The position numbers and the translations under genes are program-made. The notes under the pieces were generated by a model. That model saw only the letters and a list, made by a program, of their open reading frames with translations, searched no databases and was not told the origin of the DNA. Below, piece by piece: positions 50,880 through 63,317 of a stretch of 64,000 nt of DNA. Within the stretch, counting starts at the first letter, position 1. Every line of letters starts with the position of its first letter. The stretch is from Macrostomum lignano (lineage: Eukaryota), in contig NIVC01000916.1 of assembly GCA_002269645.1 (NCBI GenBank), positions 227,354 through 291,353 on the forward strand. Direction: 5' to 3'.

Positions 50880-53519
50880 ATGAGTAGTGCAAGTGCACTA
50901 GGGCTTGTCGGCCCATACGAAGAAGGCTCTGAGCCGTGGCATATGTACCAAGCAAGGTTAGAACAATATTTTGTTGCCAATGACGTCACTGAGGAAGCGA
51001 AAAAGCGAGCGATTCTGCTGAGTTCATGCGGCAAGAAAGTCTTCCATCTGGCCTTCAGTCTTCTGTCTCCTGCACAGCCATCAGCCAAGAGCTTCACCGA
51101 AATTTGCGAAGCACTGAAGAGCCATTTCGAGCCTGAGGAGTCCGAGATCGTCCATCGTTACCGGTTCTACACCAGAAATCGCAGGGAAGGTGAGGGCGTC
51201 GCTGACTTTGTCGCAGACCTCCGAGACCTGGCTCGCGACTGCAAGTTCGGTGACAGCCTGACTTCTATGCTTCGCGACAGGCTGGTGCTGGGAATCAACA
51301 ACGACGGCGCTCAGCGGCGGCTGCTGGCGGAGCCCGATCTCACTCTAGCGAAGGCATTGAAGCTGGCCCTGGCCCACGAGTCCGCTGCCAAGGGCTGCCA
51401 GCTGGTGTCGGGAGCGAGTAAGCCAGATCCAGTCAGTCAGGAGTCCGTCAGCATTGTCAAGCAACAGCAGAAGTCATCTTCGACAAGGAGGTGCTTCAGG
51501 TGCCTGTCAACGAAGCATCTCGCTAATAAGTGCCCGTTCGCCACCCAGAAGTGCTACAAGTGCTCAAAGACCGGCCACACTGCGGCTGCCTGCAAATCCC
51601 AGTCGAAGGACGATAGAAGAGAGGCTCTGCAGATGCAGGACGGTGAGGAAAAAGACAGCTGCAAGGAGGAAACGGCCCACTCACTGTACCAGCTGTCCGG
51701 CAAGCGAGTGTCGAAGGTGCCGCCGATTACAACGACGGTGCGCATCAATGGCCGACCTGTTGTCATGGAAGTGTCCCTGGTATCCTCGAAGACCTACAAA
51801 ACCGTGCTCAACTCCCAGCCAGCACTGCAGCCTGCGTCCATGCAGCTGCGAACATACTCCGGTGAGAAAGTGCCAATCGAAGGCTGCATCTGCGTTGCTG
51901 TGGAAGCTGCTGAAGCACCGCCCAAGTCACTCAGCCTCCTTGTGGTCGCCGGCTGCGGATCCGACCTGCTCGGAAGAGACTGGCTGTCCGAGTTGCGGCT
52001 CGACTGGAGATCAATCAAGCAAATGGCGGCTGCTCCGGAGGTGTCGCCCAGACTGCAGCAGCTGCTCGACAAGTACAGCGATGTTTTTTCGCCTGAGCTA
52101 GGAAAGTACAACGGACCACCAGTGAGTTTGAATATGAAACCCGATGCTCAACCTCGCTTTATGAAGGCCAGGAATCTCCCCTTTGCTATGAAGGACAAGG
52201 TGGAGAGCCAACTGAACCGCGAGATCGAACAAGGAATCCTGGTGCCCGTGCAGCACTCCGAGTACGCATCGCCGGTGGTGCCAGTGCTCAAGTCCGACGG
52301 CTCTGTGAGGGTCTGCGCCGACTTCAAGCAGACCGTCAACCCGAACGTGGAGCCCGACTCGTATCCTCTGCCGCGGATCGAAGAGCTGTTCGCGAAGCTG
52401 ACTGGTGGGCGGCTCTTCACTAAGCTCGACTTGTCGCAGGCGTACATGCAGCTGCCACTCGATGAGGCTTCCCAGGAAGTCTGCACGATCAATACGCACA
52501 AAGGGCTGCTTCGGTACACGCGGCTGCCCTTCGGTGTCTCGCCAGCGGTCGGGATTTTTCAGCGCCGGATGGACTGCTTGCTGCAAGGAATCACCAGCAC
52601 CGCCTGCTTCATCGATGACCTCATCATCACCGGGAAGGATGACAGTAGTCATCTGAACTCCCTGGAGCAGGTTCTAGAGAAGCTGAGCCAGAGCGGCCTC
52701 CGGTGCAAGCTGGAGAAGTGCCAGTTCATGCAGACGAGCGTCAGTTATCTCGGTCACCGCATCGATGCCGACGGCCTGCACCCGATCAAAGACAAGGTCG
52801 AGGCGATTGTCAGCGCTCCAGCTCCCAAGGACGCAACTCAGCTGCGCAGCTTCCTAGGCATGGTGAACTACTATGGCAAGTTCCTGCCAAATTTGTCTCA
52901 AGTCCTGGCACCGCTGCACCTGCTGCTGCGCGAGCAACACCGCTGGAACTGGGGCGCTGCTCAGAACGCCGCTTTCGAGAAGTGCAAGGCCCTGCTGTCT
53001 TCGGCTCCGGTTTTGGCGCACTTCGACCCGAGCGAAGACCTGCTGCTCGAGTGTGACGCGTCCCCCTACGGTCTGGGCGCGGTCATCAGCCACAGGATCG
53101 ATGGAGCTGTCCGGCCTGTGGCCTTTGCCTCGCGTACGTTGCACGACGCTGAGAAAAACTACTCGCAGCTCGAGAAGGAAGCCCTCGCTGTAGTGTTTGC
53201 GGTCAAGAAGTTCAACGCGTACCTCTTCGGCCGCCCATTTCTGCTGGTGAGTGACCACAAACCTCTGCTTGGATTGCTTGCTGAGAACAAGGCCGTGCCG
53301 GCCCTGGCATCTGGAAGAATTCAGAGGTGGGCTCTGCTGCTGTCTGGCTATAACTACCGCATGGTTCACCGAGCCGGAGCCTCACTGCTGTGCGCCGATG
53401 CCCTGAGTCGCCTGCCGCTGCCCGACAAGCCGGCGACGGTCCCGAAGCTGGCAGAGCTGGTCATGCTGATGGACCCCTGGACGATGGACCTGTCACGGCA
53501 GCTCAGATACGCGGCCTGA
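50880..53519 (+). CDS. Gag-pol part 1: gag with two zinc knuckles, defective protease, RT, RNase H
   Basis: CFRC..H..C and CYKC..GH..C; RT KLDLSQAYMQ..LPFG..FIDD; RNase H ECDASPYG..EKEALA; -1 shift near 53473. Confidence 0.93.
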   Translation: MSSASALGLVGPYEEGSEPWHMYQARLEQYFVANDVTEEAKKRAILLSSCGKKVFHLAFSLLSPAQPSAKSFTEICEALKSHFEPEESEIVHRYRFYTRNRREGEGVADFVADLRDLARDCKFGDSLTSMLRDRLVLGINNDGAQRRLLAEPDLTLAKALKLALAHESAAKGCQLVSGASKPDPVSQESVSIVKQQQKSSSTRRCFRCLSTKHLANKCPFATQKCYKCSKTGHTAAACKSQSKDDRREALQMQDGEEKDSCKEETAHSLYQLSGKRVSKVPPITTTVRINGRPVVMEVSLVSSKTYKTVLNSQPALQPASMQLRTYSGEKVPIEGCICVAVEAAEAPPKSLSLLVVAGCGSDLLGRDWLSELRLDWRSIKQMAAAPEVSPRLQQLLDKYSDVFSPELGKYNGPPVSLNMKPDAQPRFMKARNLPFAMKDKVESQLNREIEQGILVPVQHSEYASPVVPVLKSDGSVRVCADFKQTVNPNVEPDSYPLPRIEELFAKLTGGRLFTKLDLSQAYMQLPLDEASQEVCTINTHKGLLRYTRLPFGVSPAVGIFQRRMDCLLQGITSTACFIDDLIITGKDDSSHLNSLEQVLEKLSQSGLRCKLEKCQFMQTSVSYLGHRIDADGLHPIKDKVEAIVSAPAPKDATQLRSFLGMVNYYGKFLPNLSQVLAPLHLLLREQHRWNWGAAQNAAFEKCKALLSSAPVLAHFDPSEDLLLECDASPYGLGAVISHRIDGAVRPVAFASRTLHDAEKNYSQLEKEALAVVFAVKKFNAYLFGRPFLLVSDHKPLLGLLAENKAVPALASGRIQRWALLLSGYNYRMVHRAGASLLCADALSRLPLPDKPATVPKLAELVMLMDPWTMDLSRQLRYAA

Positions 53520-54784
53520 CTCGAAGGGACCCCACACTAGCCCGAGCTCTGCACTTCACGCAAATCGGCTGGCCAGAGCGGGTCAGTGACGATCTGCTGC
53601 CATACTCCAAGAGAGCGGCTGAGCTCGGTGCGCAAGACGGCTGCCTCCTGTGGGGCGCTCGAGTGGTGGTCCCGGTCGGAGCGCGAGCTGCACTGCTCCA
53701 GGTGCTGCATCAAGGTCATGCGGGGGCGTCACGCATGAAGACGCTAGCCCGAGGTTATTTCTGGTGGCCAGGATTAGACTCGGAGATTGAAAACCTGGCC
53801 AAGGCCTGCTCTGACTGTCAGGAGTTGCAGAACGCCCCGGCGCCTTCGCCAATGTTGTCGTGGCCGTGGCCTGACCGACCGTGGTCTCGAGTGCATATCG
53901 ACTATGCGGGTCCGGTGTCTGGCAAGATGCTGCTGGTTGTCGTCGATGCCCATTCAAAGTGGCTGGATGTGCATGTGGTGACGTCAGCGACCTCAGCTGT
54001 CACCATCCAGAAACTCCGCTCCAGCTTCGCGACACACGGGTTGCCAGATGTGCTGGTGTCGGACAATGGGCCCAACTTGGTCAGCGAGGAGATGTCCGAC
54101 TTTCTGCGGAGGAACGACATTCAGCACGTGCGCGTTGCTCCCTACCATCCGGCGTCCAACGGCCTGGCGGAACGAGCTGTCCAGACGCTGAAGCGGTCCC
54201 TGGAGAAGCAGCGCGAAGGCTCCTTGGAGGATAAGGTCGCCCGGTTCCTGCTGAGCTACCGGGTCACTCCGCATGCGACAACTGGTGTGGCTCCCTGCGA
54301 ACTCCTGATGGGACGGCGCCTGTGCACGTTGCTAGATCGAGCTCGGCCAGACCTGGGAGCAAGAGTACAGCGTAAGCAAAGTCAGCAAAAAGAGCACCAC
54401 GACTGCAAAGCTCGGTTCCGGACCTTCGAGACTGACGACGCTGTACTCGCCAGAGACTTTGGAGCCAACAGAGGTCGGTGGAAGCCGGCGCGAGTTGTCG
54501 GTGCCGCCGGTCCGGCCTCCTACCTGTGCGGCTTCGATGGCGACGACCGAGTAGTGCGGCGGCACGTTGACCATGTCCGCGGTGGTCCTGAGCAGCCGCG
54601 GCCTACCGGAGCTGGCGTGACAGACGGTGCTACCGACGCCAAGGCCGCACCTGAGCCGGAAGCTGCGATGCCGGCCGTGGACGAGCCGCCAAACCTGGCT
54701 GCTCCTGGAGACCCTGAGATCGACGGGTCTCTGCGCCGATCGTCGCGAGTTCGACGTCCCCCGGAGCGCCTGAGCTACGGGTGA
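53475..54784 (+). CDS. Gag-pol part 2: integrase (HHCC, DDE, GPY/F-like)
   Basis: LHQGH..C..C, HIDYAGP, VSDNG, GLAERAVQ, RRSSRVRRPPERL. Confidence 0.93.
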
Positions 54785-55230
54785 CGTCATCTGTGAAAGA
54801 GACTGTTTAGATTGACTGTTGAGTTCGCACGTTTAATTTTGGATTTTGAACTTTGTTATGGTTATGGTTTATTTTCCTTTATTCTGTTGTGTCGTTGCTT
54901 TCCTATCAGGCGTTTGCGTAGTTTTGGTGCTGGTTAATTATTATTTATTATTAAGTTATTAAGTTTCGAGTTATTGTTCCTCACTAAAATGTGTTGCTCT
55001 AATGTATTCTCTTGCGATCCCTGATCCCCATGTAGATGAGGAGGGAAGTGGTAGCGTGGGTCTGCTCAGTTGCTCCGCTTAGTGTAATGTACAGTGCAGG
55101 TGTACACCTGCACGCGCGCGTGTGATTGGCTGACGCTTTGTCAGACAACCTTTATTGTTGGCCAGCTATATTAAATACAAGCTCTCTGCCTTGGGGGGTC
55201 TTACCCCCGAAGTGGAGTTTTCACACGTCT

Positions 55231-55583
55231 TTTATTCCGTTTTTATCCAACGCTTAATCTTTGTGGGGAGGAGTGTGGTGACTTGGCTGAGCAAATTGTT
55301 GTTTGTTTTGTTAGCTTTTTTTACTCCGTGTTTTGAGGTGGTGTTTTACCAGTTTCGCTGCGTGCTCCCTTCTGCGATATTTCGCTGTACATTCTTATGT
55401 GCGCTCTGCATTCTGGCCGCTCTTGCTTTCCACCCTTAAGCCTCTTACACCCAATGTATCGTGCTCAATATTTACAATATAAATTGCAGTCGCTTTCCTC
55501 GTATCAAGCGTCTCGTTCTACAATCTAAAGTGAAGTCTTTACAGTTTATAATGTTAATAATGCTCAACCAAATCCGTATCACA
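55231..55583 (+). mobile_element. Continuation of the older element: PPT and probable 3' LTR
   Basis: ggggaggag (55265-55273) followed by TGTGGTG; candidate end tatcACA at 55583. Confidence 0.55.
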
Positions 55584-56149
55584 ACCCTTAACTCAACCTC
55601 TGTTTTCAACTGTTTAGCAACTTTTTCTCTTTGTTTTCTTGCTTATTGGTTGAAAAGTTAATCTTGTATCATTATTAGCATTTGATAATACACTAGTGTG
55701 CTTGTGGTGGATTTACTGTTGCGGTGTTCTTTTAATTCAATTATTTTAAGTTCTTCTAAATCGTTGTCTTATTTCACAATCATTTAATCCTGGACATGGT
55801 TGGTTTTTGGTTGTATATTTGTTGGGTCAGAGAACTGAGTCCGGTGGATATGTATCTAATTCCGAGGGGAAATCAATTAAACTAGTTATACTAGAGGCTC
55901 ACCATAACTAGGCTCATATACATTACCACTGCAATGCACTAACATGCTAGGAATGACATGAGATCTTTAACTCGATGGTTTCAATTCGTGTCATGTCGTT
56001 TTCCCATTCACCTTTTCTTTTTCATGTAATACCGAATTGTACATGTACAGTACAAGTCTATAGAAAGTGAAAGTGGCACCTAAATGTAGTCAATCTGTAA
56101 GAAGCAATAAAAGCTTTATAATAAGCTAAATAGAAAGTATAGTGCAAAG

Positions 56150-56510
56150 CTACTCGGCATTACCGCGGTCAGCCGACCTCGGCCCGAGGTTGTCGGCCCG
56201 AGCTAGAACCGCCGTCAACCCGCCGAGCTCGGCCCGATCTCGGCGGACCGAGCTCGGGCCGACGTCGGCCACTCGGCATCCGATCGGCCATGCTAAAGTC
56301 GACCAGCCGACGTCGGCCCGAACTCGGGAGAACCTCGGGGTGCCGCGTCGTTAACCAATTACCCAGTGGCAAAGCCGAGCTCGGTCCGAGCTCGGGCCGA
56401 CGTCGGCCACTCGGCATGCGATCGGCCATGCTAAAGTCGGCCAGCCGACGTCGGCCCGAACTTGGGAGAACCTCGGGGTGCCGCGCCGTTAACCGATTAA
56501 AATTTTTAAT
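56150..56510. repeat. GC-rich, palindrome-dense element with an approximately 140-bp direct duplication (probable MITE part)
   Basis: ccgagctcgg and ccgacgtcgg palindromes; 56222-56360 resembles 56372-56500. Confidence 0.7.
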
Positions 56511-56954
56511 CAATTAAGCAGAATTTACCTACGATAATCAATTCGATATAATTAAATAAGAACACCGCATAAATATAGATGAATAATTTACACTGAAAAA
56601 GTGACTCTTTGCAATAAACAAAAACAACGCAATCATACAGCACTTGATCCACCATATAAGTGAAATTTGCTTTTTACACATAAAAATTGTGTTTTGGCTC
56701 AATTAGTTTGCTCGTTGAGCAAGGCAATTTGAGTTTTATGGATTATTCTCCTTCGAGACGACCATGACGTGCATGCGTAATAGGTACGGAAAATTCGAAG
56801 TACTAAATTTTAATAAATATATATTTGAGCAATTAACCAGATGGAAGAACATAGCTTCGTTCGTAAAAATATAAATGAATAAATAACTTTTTTAAAATTT
56901 ACCTAATGCATAGTTATTGCTCATTTTTTCCCATCTCTACATATAAAAATCAAA

Positions 56955-57610
56955 ACTCTGTGTGTGTGTGTGTCTGTGTGTGGACAATTTTGATCGCTAT
57001 GGACTCCCAAACCGCTCAACCAAATTACACCAAACTTTTCACCCACCCTAAACTTACTACGGAGAATGTCTTAGGCTACCTTTTAACTTCCTAGACTCAA
57101 GTCTTCCTACCTAAAAGTACAAAAAACTGCTCAAAATGCGCGATTTTTTCACTAAATCCTCCATAGCGCCGCTCCACTTCTACAGACCCTCTTCAAATTT
57201 GACATGAACAATTTTCAACTATTTTGACACAATCGTGTAAAATTTCGAGTCTCAAAGTCAATCCTGAACGGCGCTATGCACTTTTAAAGTTAGTCTGCTT
57301 TTTTCAGCGAGGCAGCCACCCCAACCTCCGCCCGCCTGCCTCTCTTTCCCGATCTGGGCAAAGGGTGTGAATAGGTTTTAAAATGCCTAACTTTCGGCTG
57401 CCATAGTTTTGCTCCACGTGAAGCGATTGACTTCAAATTTGACACAATTCTTCATTGACTCATTCTCTATCTAAATGTAAAGTTTCAACTCTGTAACTCA
57501 ACCGAAAAAGAAACTGTAAGCATGTGAAGTTTGTCTGCTTTTTCTGTTGTTTGTGCCACTCACTCACTCATTCCCCCAGAGCCAGACGAAGGGTCAGGCG
57601 ATAGGGCTCA
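56955..57610 (+). mobile_element. Possible DINE/HINE-like non-autonomous element
   Basis: (GT)n followed by aaaccgctcaaccaaattacaccaaactttt and aaatttgaca motifs; resemblance only. Confidence 0.3.
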
Positions 57611-57719
57611 ATGTACATAGCGAATGTACAGTGTTTTGGAATAGCCTTCTCTGTACCCCCGCGAGTGGAGAGGCGTGGAGAGGAGAGAGTTTAGCGAGAG
57701 ATTCAACCACTGTCCTCAA

Positions 57720-58210
57720 GGGGACGCTTTCATAAGACCTAAATTTCACAACGCCTAAAACCACCACACTTCACAACGCCTAAATTTCATATCGCCTAAA
57801 TTTCACAACGCCTAAAATTTTTGCACGCTCTTTCACATCGCCTAAATTTCATATCGTCTAAATTTCACAATGCCTAAAATCAATAGTGCAGCCTTCTTCA
57901 CATCGCCTAAATTTCATATCGCCTAAATTTCACAATGCCTAAAATATATGCAGACTCCTTCACAAGTCACAACGCCTAAATTTTATATCGCCTAAATTTC
58001 ACAACGCTTAAAACCGAAAATGCAGCATCCTTCACATCGCCTAAATTTCATATCGCCTAAATTTCACAACGCCTAAAATCTTTGCTTCTCTCCTTCACAT
58101 TCAGTTTTAGGTGTTGTGAAATTTAGGCGATGTGAAATTTAGGCGTTGTGAAGGAGGCTGCATTTTTGATTTTAGGCGTTGTGAAATTTAGGCGTTATGA
58201 AGCGCCCCCC
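57720..58210. mobile_element. MITE with inverted arrays of cgcctaaatttcacaa
   Basis: ggggacgctttcataa.. versus ..ttatgaagcgccccc; direct arrays 57737-58090, inverted arrays 58105-58200. Confidence 0.75.
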
Positions 58211-58639
58211 TCACTCCTGTATAAGACAAGTCTGCAGGAGTTAAACAAGGATGGCAAATCAAGGCGATGTGGGATGGTTTGTAAAATAGCGAAAAAATAA
58301 TGAATAACTGATTGTAAAATGCAATCTTACTAAATTGCTTACACCATGAAAATTTTAACATTAAGATACGAATAAGGTACTTGAAAATTTAAATAACCTC
58401 CTAAGAAATGCGTATTTCCTTGGTTGTTAGACTGCTGCAGACTGTGGTGGTGGAGCTAGAGAATGGAGATACACAAATTCCTCTCAGGACTGCTAATTGG
58501 TCAGAAAGAGCACGAGAAATTATAACAACCATGATAGTACTACGTCCCACAAACTGGCTTTCGAAGCAGGGATCGGCAGATTTTTATCTCAAAGGCCAGA
58601 TAAAGAATCAAGCTTATGGCTGCGGGCCAGATGAGAGTG

Positions 58640-60290
58640 AAAAGGAAAAGGAATAGACTATTAGAAAGGGAGGAGGGGCGAGAGGGGATAAGAGAATAGA
58701 TAGAAGATCAGGAGAGACGAGGGGGTCGAGGGCAGAGCAGAGAATATGGGAGTCGGGAGGAAGAAGCGAGAGGAGGGAAGAGAGAAGGGAGATGGAATAG
58801 TAGAGGTGAGAAGATGGAGAGAGAAGAGGGGAGAGATGAGACAGAGGATCAATGAGAGAGGAGAGTAGAGAAGAGTGAGAAGAGATGAGAGATGAGAGAA
58901 CAGAGAGGCAGATGAGAGAGGATCGAGAGGAGAGATTAGAAAGGATAGAGAAGAGAGGAGATAAGAGGGGGATAGAGGGGAGAGAGAGGAGTGAGAAGAG
59001 GAGATAAGAGATAAGAGAGGGAAGAGTGAGAAGATGAGATAAGATATAAGAGATAAGAGAGAGAGAGAGAGAGAGTTGAGAAAGAAGAGAGGAGAAAGGA
59101 GAGATGATAGAGTAAAGGGAAGAGGAGGAGAGAGGAAAGAGATGAGATCGTGGAGATGAGAGAGATGAAAAAAAGATGATCGAGAGAGTAGAGATGAGAG
59201 ATGAAGGAAGAGAGAGCAGAGTGCAGAGAGACGAGAGAAGAGAATAGAGGGGAGAGAGTATAGAAGAGGGAAGAGAAGAGAGGAGTAAGGAAAGAGAGGT
59301 GTCAGAAGAGGGGAAAGAGAAGAGTACACAGTAGAGAGGAGAGTAGAGATGACAGAAGAGAGGGGAATGAGAGAGCGAAGATGAGAGTGAACAGACGATA
59401 TAAGAGAGGAGAGAGGAGAGTGAGAAAGAAGAGAGAAGACAAGAGAGGGAGAGAGTATAGAAGAGAGAAGTGAAGAGACAAGAAGAAAGAAGAAAGGATC
59501 GAGTCCTCCTGAGTCAAAAAAGGGGAAAGAGAGGAGTACAAGTGGAGAGAGGTGAGAGAACATATGAGAGTAAAGATGACAGATCAGAGAGGGGAGATGA
59601 GAGATCAGAACAGACGAGAGATGGGAGAGTAGAGAGAAAAGAGGAGAGATAAGAAATAAGAGATGAGAGGTGCAGACAAGGGAGAGATGAGAAGTGAGTG
59701 AGGAGAGAGGAGGGGAAGGGAGAGAATCGAGAAGACAGGGGAAATTGGTGAAAAATACGAGAGAGGAGAGGAAAGAGGGGAGAGATTAGAGAGAAGAGAG
59801 ATAGGACAGGAGATAGTAGAGAGATGAGAGGAGAGAGAGGGGGAGAGGAGAGAGAAGATAAAATAATAGAAATGAGAGATAAGATAGCAAAGACGAGAGA
59901 GAAGGGAGGTGAGGGAAGAGACGATAGAAGACATGAGAGGAGAGAGTTGAGAGAAGAGAGGAAAAAGGAGAGAGTAGAGATAAGGAAAGTGTTAAGAGAG
60001 GGTATAGTAAGGAGTGAGAAGAGAGGTGAGGGAAGAGAGAGCAGAGAGCAGAGGGAAACGAGAAGAGATAAAAGAGGAGAAAGGAGATATGAGAGACCAG
60101 AGACCAGAGAGAAAAGAGGAGAGGAGAGAGAAAAGAATAGAGGGGAGAGGGAAGAGACGAGAGAAGAGACGAGAGAGGAGAGAGGACAGAGGAGAGAAGA
60201 AAGAAGAGATAAGAGGAGAGAGAGAAGAGACAAGAGAGAAGATAGGAAACAGAAAAGAAGATGGAAGTTTCAAAGGATGCAAAGGACATA
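58640..60290. repeat. Polypurine (A/G) low-complexity tract
   Basis: 1.65 kb nearly all A/G on the + strand, non-periodic. Confidence 0.95.
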
Positions 60291-60754
60291 GGAAGAGGCA
60301 GAGGTAGAGGCCAGAGTTTGCCTGACATTCTGCGCAGCACCCCAGCCAACAATAGCAATGTTTGCCTCAAATCCTAATTTTACACGAATGTGCTACATTT
60401 TATGTCTACCTCTATCCTACCTCTATCTTATCTCTATCTCTATCTCTACCTCCATCTTATCTTCTCTTTAAATTCATTTGTTTGTGTATGGCCTTAGATT
60501 TCAGAATACATGCAAAAGTAGTTCCGGGGATTGGAATTCCCCGGGCTCAAAATCCGCGGGTTTCAACAGCTTGTTGATTTGAATATTATTGCTCTCGTGT
60601 GGGCCGCGCGGCTCGCCAGGTGATCGTGTCAGACTTGGTTTTATTAATTATTAGCTAATAGTAAATTGTAGTCACTGCACGGCTGCTTTTAATGTTAAAA
60701 TTCATTTAGCTTAGTATTTGTTTTGTTTCAAACCATGTAAAACATTAAAGGGCC

Positions 60755-61975
60755 ACCAGGTCAAACATGAAAGTGCCACCATGCCAAACATTAAAGAGCC
60801 ACCATGCCAAACATAAAAGAGCCACCATGTCGAACATAAAAGAGCCACCATGTCAAACATAAAAGAGCCACCATGTCGAACATTATTGAGCCACCATGTC
60901 GAACATAAAAGAGCCGCCATGTCAAACATAAAAAAGCCACCATGTCAACCATAAAAGAACCACCACGTCAAGCATATACATTACTCCATGTCAAACATAA
61001 AAGAGCCACCATGTCAAACATTAAAGAGCCACCATGCCAAACATTAAAGAGCCACCATGTCAAACATTAAAGAGCCAGCATGTCAAACACTAAAGAGCCA
61101 GCATGTCAAACATAAAAGAGCCACCATGTCGAACATTATTGAGCCACCATGTCAGACATTAAAGAGCCACCATGCCAAACATTAAAGAGCCACCATGTCA
61201 AACATTAAAGAGCCAGCATGTCAAACACTAAAGAGCCAGCATGTCAAACATAAAAGAGCCACCATGTCGAACATTATTGAGCCACCATGTCAGACATTAA
61301 AGAGCCACCATGCCAAACATAAAAGAGCCACCATGTCGAACATAAAAGAGCCACCATGTCAAACATAAAAGAGCCACCATGTCGAACATTATTGAGCCAC
61401 CATGTCGAACATAAAAGAGCCACCATGCCAAACATAAAAGAGCCGCCATGTCAAACATAAAAAAGCCACCATGTCAACCATAAAAGAACCACTACGTCAA
61501 GCATATACATTACTCCATGTCAAACATTAAAGAGCCACCATGTCGAAGATTAAAGTGCTACCATGTCAAACATAAAAGAGCCACCATGTCAAACATTAAA
61601 GAGCCACAATGTCAAACACAAAAGAGCACCATGTCAAACATAGAAGAGACACCATGTCGAACAACTGAGCCACCATGTCAAACATAACAGAGACACCATG
61701 TCAAACATTAAAGAGCCACCATGTCAAACAACTGAGCCACCATGTCAAACAACTGAGCCACCATGTCAAACATAACAGAGACACCATGTCAAACATTAAA
61801 GAGCCACCATGTCAAACATTAAAGAACCACGATGTCAATCATTAAAGAGCCACTATGTCAAACATATACGTGACTCCATGTCAAACATAAAGAGCCACCA
61901 TGTCAAACATAGAAGAGCCACCATGTCAAACATAGAAGAGACACCATGTGTCCATGTCAAACATAAAAAGAAGTG
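60755..61975. repeat. 20-23-bp minisatellite (gagccaccatgtcaaacataaaa)
   Basis: More than 50 units; marker caagcatatacattactcc recurs about 530 bp apart. Confidence 0.95.
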
Positions 61976-62039
61976 TCATGCCAAACAAAATGGAGCCACT
62001 ATAAAGCTAAGGAAATTATTGCACTAGATACTTGATGTC

Positions 62040-62580
62040 TGGTGGATGCTTGCTATTTAAGGATGGATACTTGCTATCAGGGGGATGCTTGCTATCTGAG
62101 TGATGCTTGCTATTGGGGGAGGGATGCTTGCTATCGGAAGAATGCTTGCTATCTGGGGTAACTTGCTATTGGGGAGTGGAGGGTACTTGCTATCTGAGAG
62201 GGGGTTGCTAGCTATCTATAAGAATTCTTCGTATCCAGGGATGCTTGCTATCTGGGGGATGGTTGCATGCTGTCTGGGGATGCTTGCATGCTGTCTGGGG
62301 ATGCTTGCATGCTGTCTGGGGATGCTTGCATGCTGTCTGGGGATGCTTGCATGCTGTCTGGGGATGCTTGCTATCTGGAAGATGCTTGCTATCTGGGGGA
62401 TGCTTGCGTGCTGTCTGGGGATGCTTACTATATCTGGGGGATTCGTGCTATCTGGAAGATGCTTGCATGCTGTCTGGGGATGCTTGCTATCTGGGGACTC
62501 TTGCTATTTGGGGGATGCTTGCTATCTGGGAGATGCTTGCATGCTATCTGGGAGATGCTTGCATGCTGTCTGGGGATGTT
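62040..62580. repeat. 18/21-bp minisatellite (gggatgcttgc[atgc]tatctgg)
   Basis: Direct reading. Confidence 0.9.
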
Positions 62581-63317
62581 TTCTTTACAGATGGAATGTC
62601 TGTTGTCTTTGTGAAAGCTTTATTTCGCTGTCTTTTTGTTACTTTTAGAGAACAGATATTCTATTTAGATGTCCCCCATCGAGGGGCGAAGATTGCTAGT
62701 CCTATATACTAAAAATGAAAATCTTGTATGTTTGTACGCAATCGATTATCTCCAGAATGGCTTAACCGATTTTCATGAGACTTGCACTGTTCGATCAGAA
62801 ATTTTCCTGTGACGGTACATGTGTCTTGGCTAAGAAATTGCTCGATGCTAAAGGCATTAAATATTCGAAAAACATGCTTTTTTGCAAAGGTCAAGCAAAC
62901 TTTTCGACTTGAAATGCATTGTAAGAATGGTAGAGAAAAAACTGACTGGTTGAATTCAGATTCTGAAACAGATTGCATCATAACTGAATTGTAACTCCGA
63001 CTTGAATTGCGTCACAGTATTGAAAATGCAGTGTGGAAGCGTAGCACCAGACTTGATTTAAATTGCGTAACCATATTGTTAACTGATACTGACTGACTGA
63101 GAAATTGATTATGTCATAACTGCCTCGTGTGATTTACTCTTATGCTTAGAGTTTTGAAACTTATAATTATAAGTGCTAAAATTCATGTTATCAAAACGAT
63201 GAGAGCTAGCCTATAGGTAAACAGACTGAACTGCTAAATGCAGGGACGATGGTTCAAATTTTTAGAGAGTGGAGTTTTTTTAGTTAAAGCTTTTTACCGC
63301 CAAGAAAACTAAAAAAT

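Larger units (their letters stand above)
50669..55225 (+). mobile_element. Full-length Gypsy (Mag-like) LTR retrotransposon, 4557 bp
   Basis: LTRs 50669-50848 and 55047-55225 (3 differences); TSD cgtct; PBS tggcgacgag (matches the 3' end of tRNA-Ser GCU); PPT gatgaggaggga. Confidence 0.97.

Noticed and set aside
45245-54784. Functional complementation between protease-intact Gypsy-2 and the protease-less Mag element
   Set aside because: Different LTRs and PBS, and nothing beyond proximity supports it
58661-60370. Leu/Ser-rich membrane-like ORFs
   Set aside because: Reverse-strand reading of a polypurine tract
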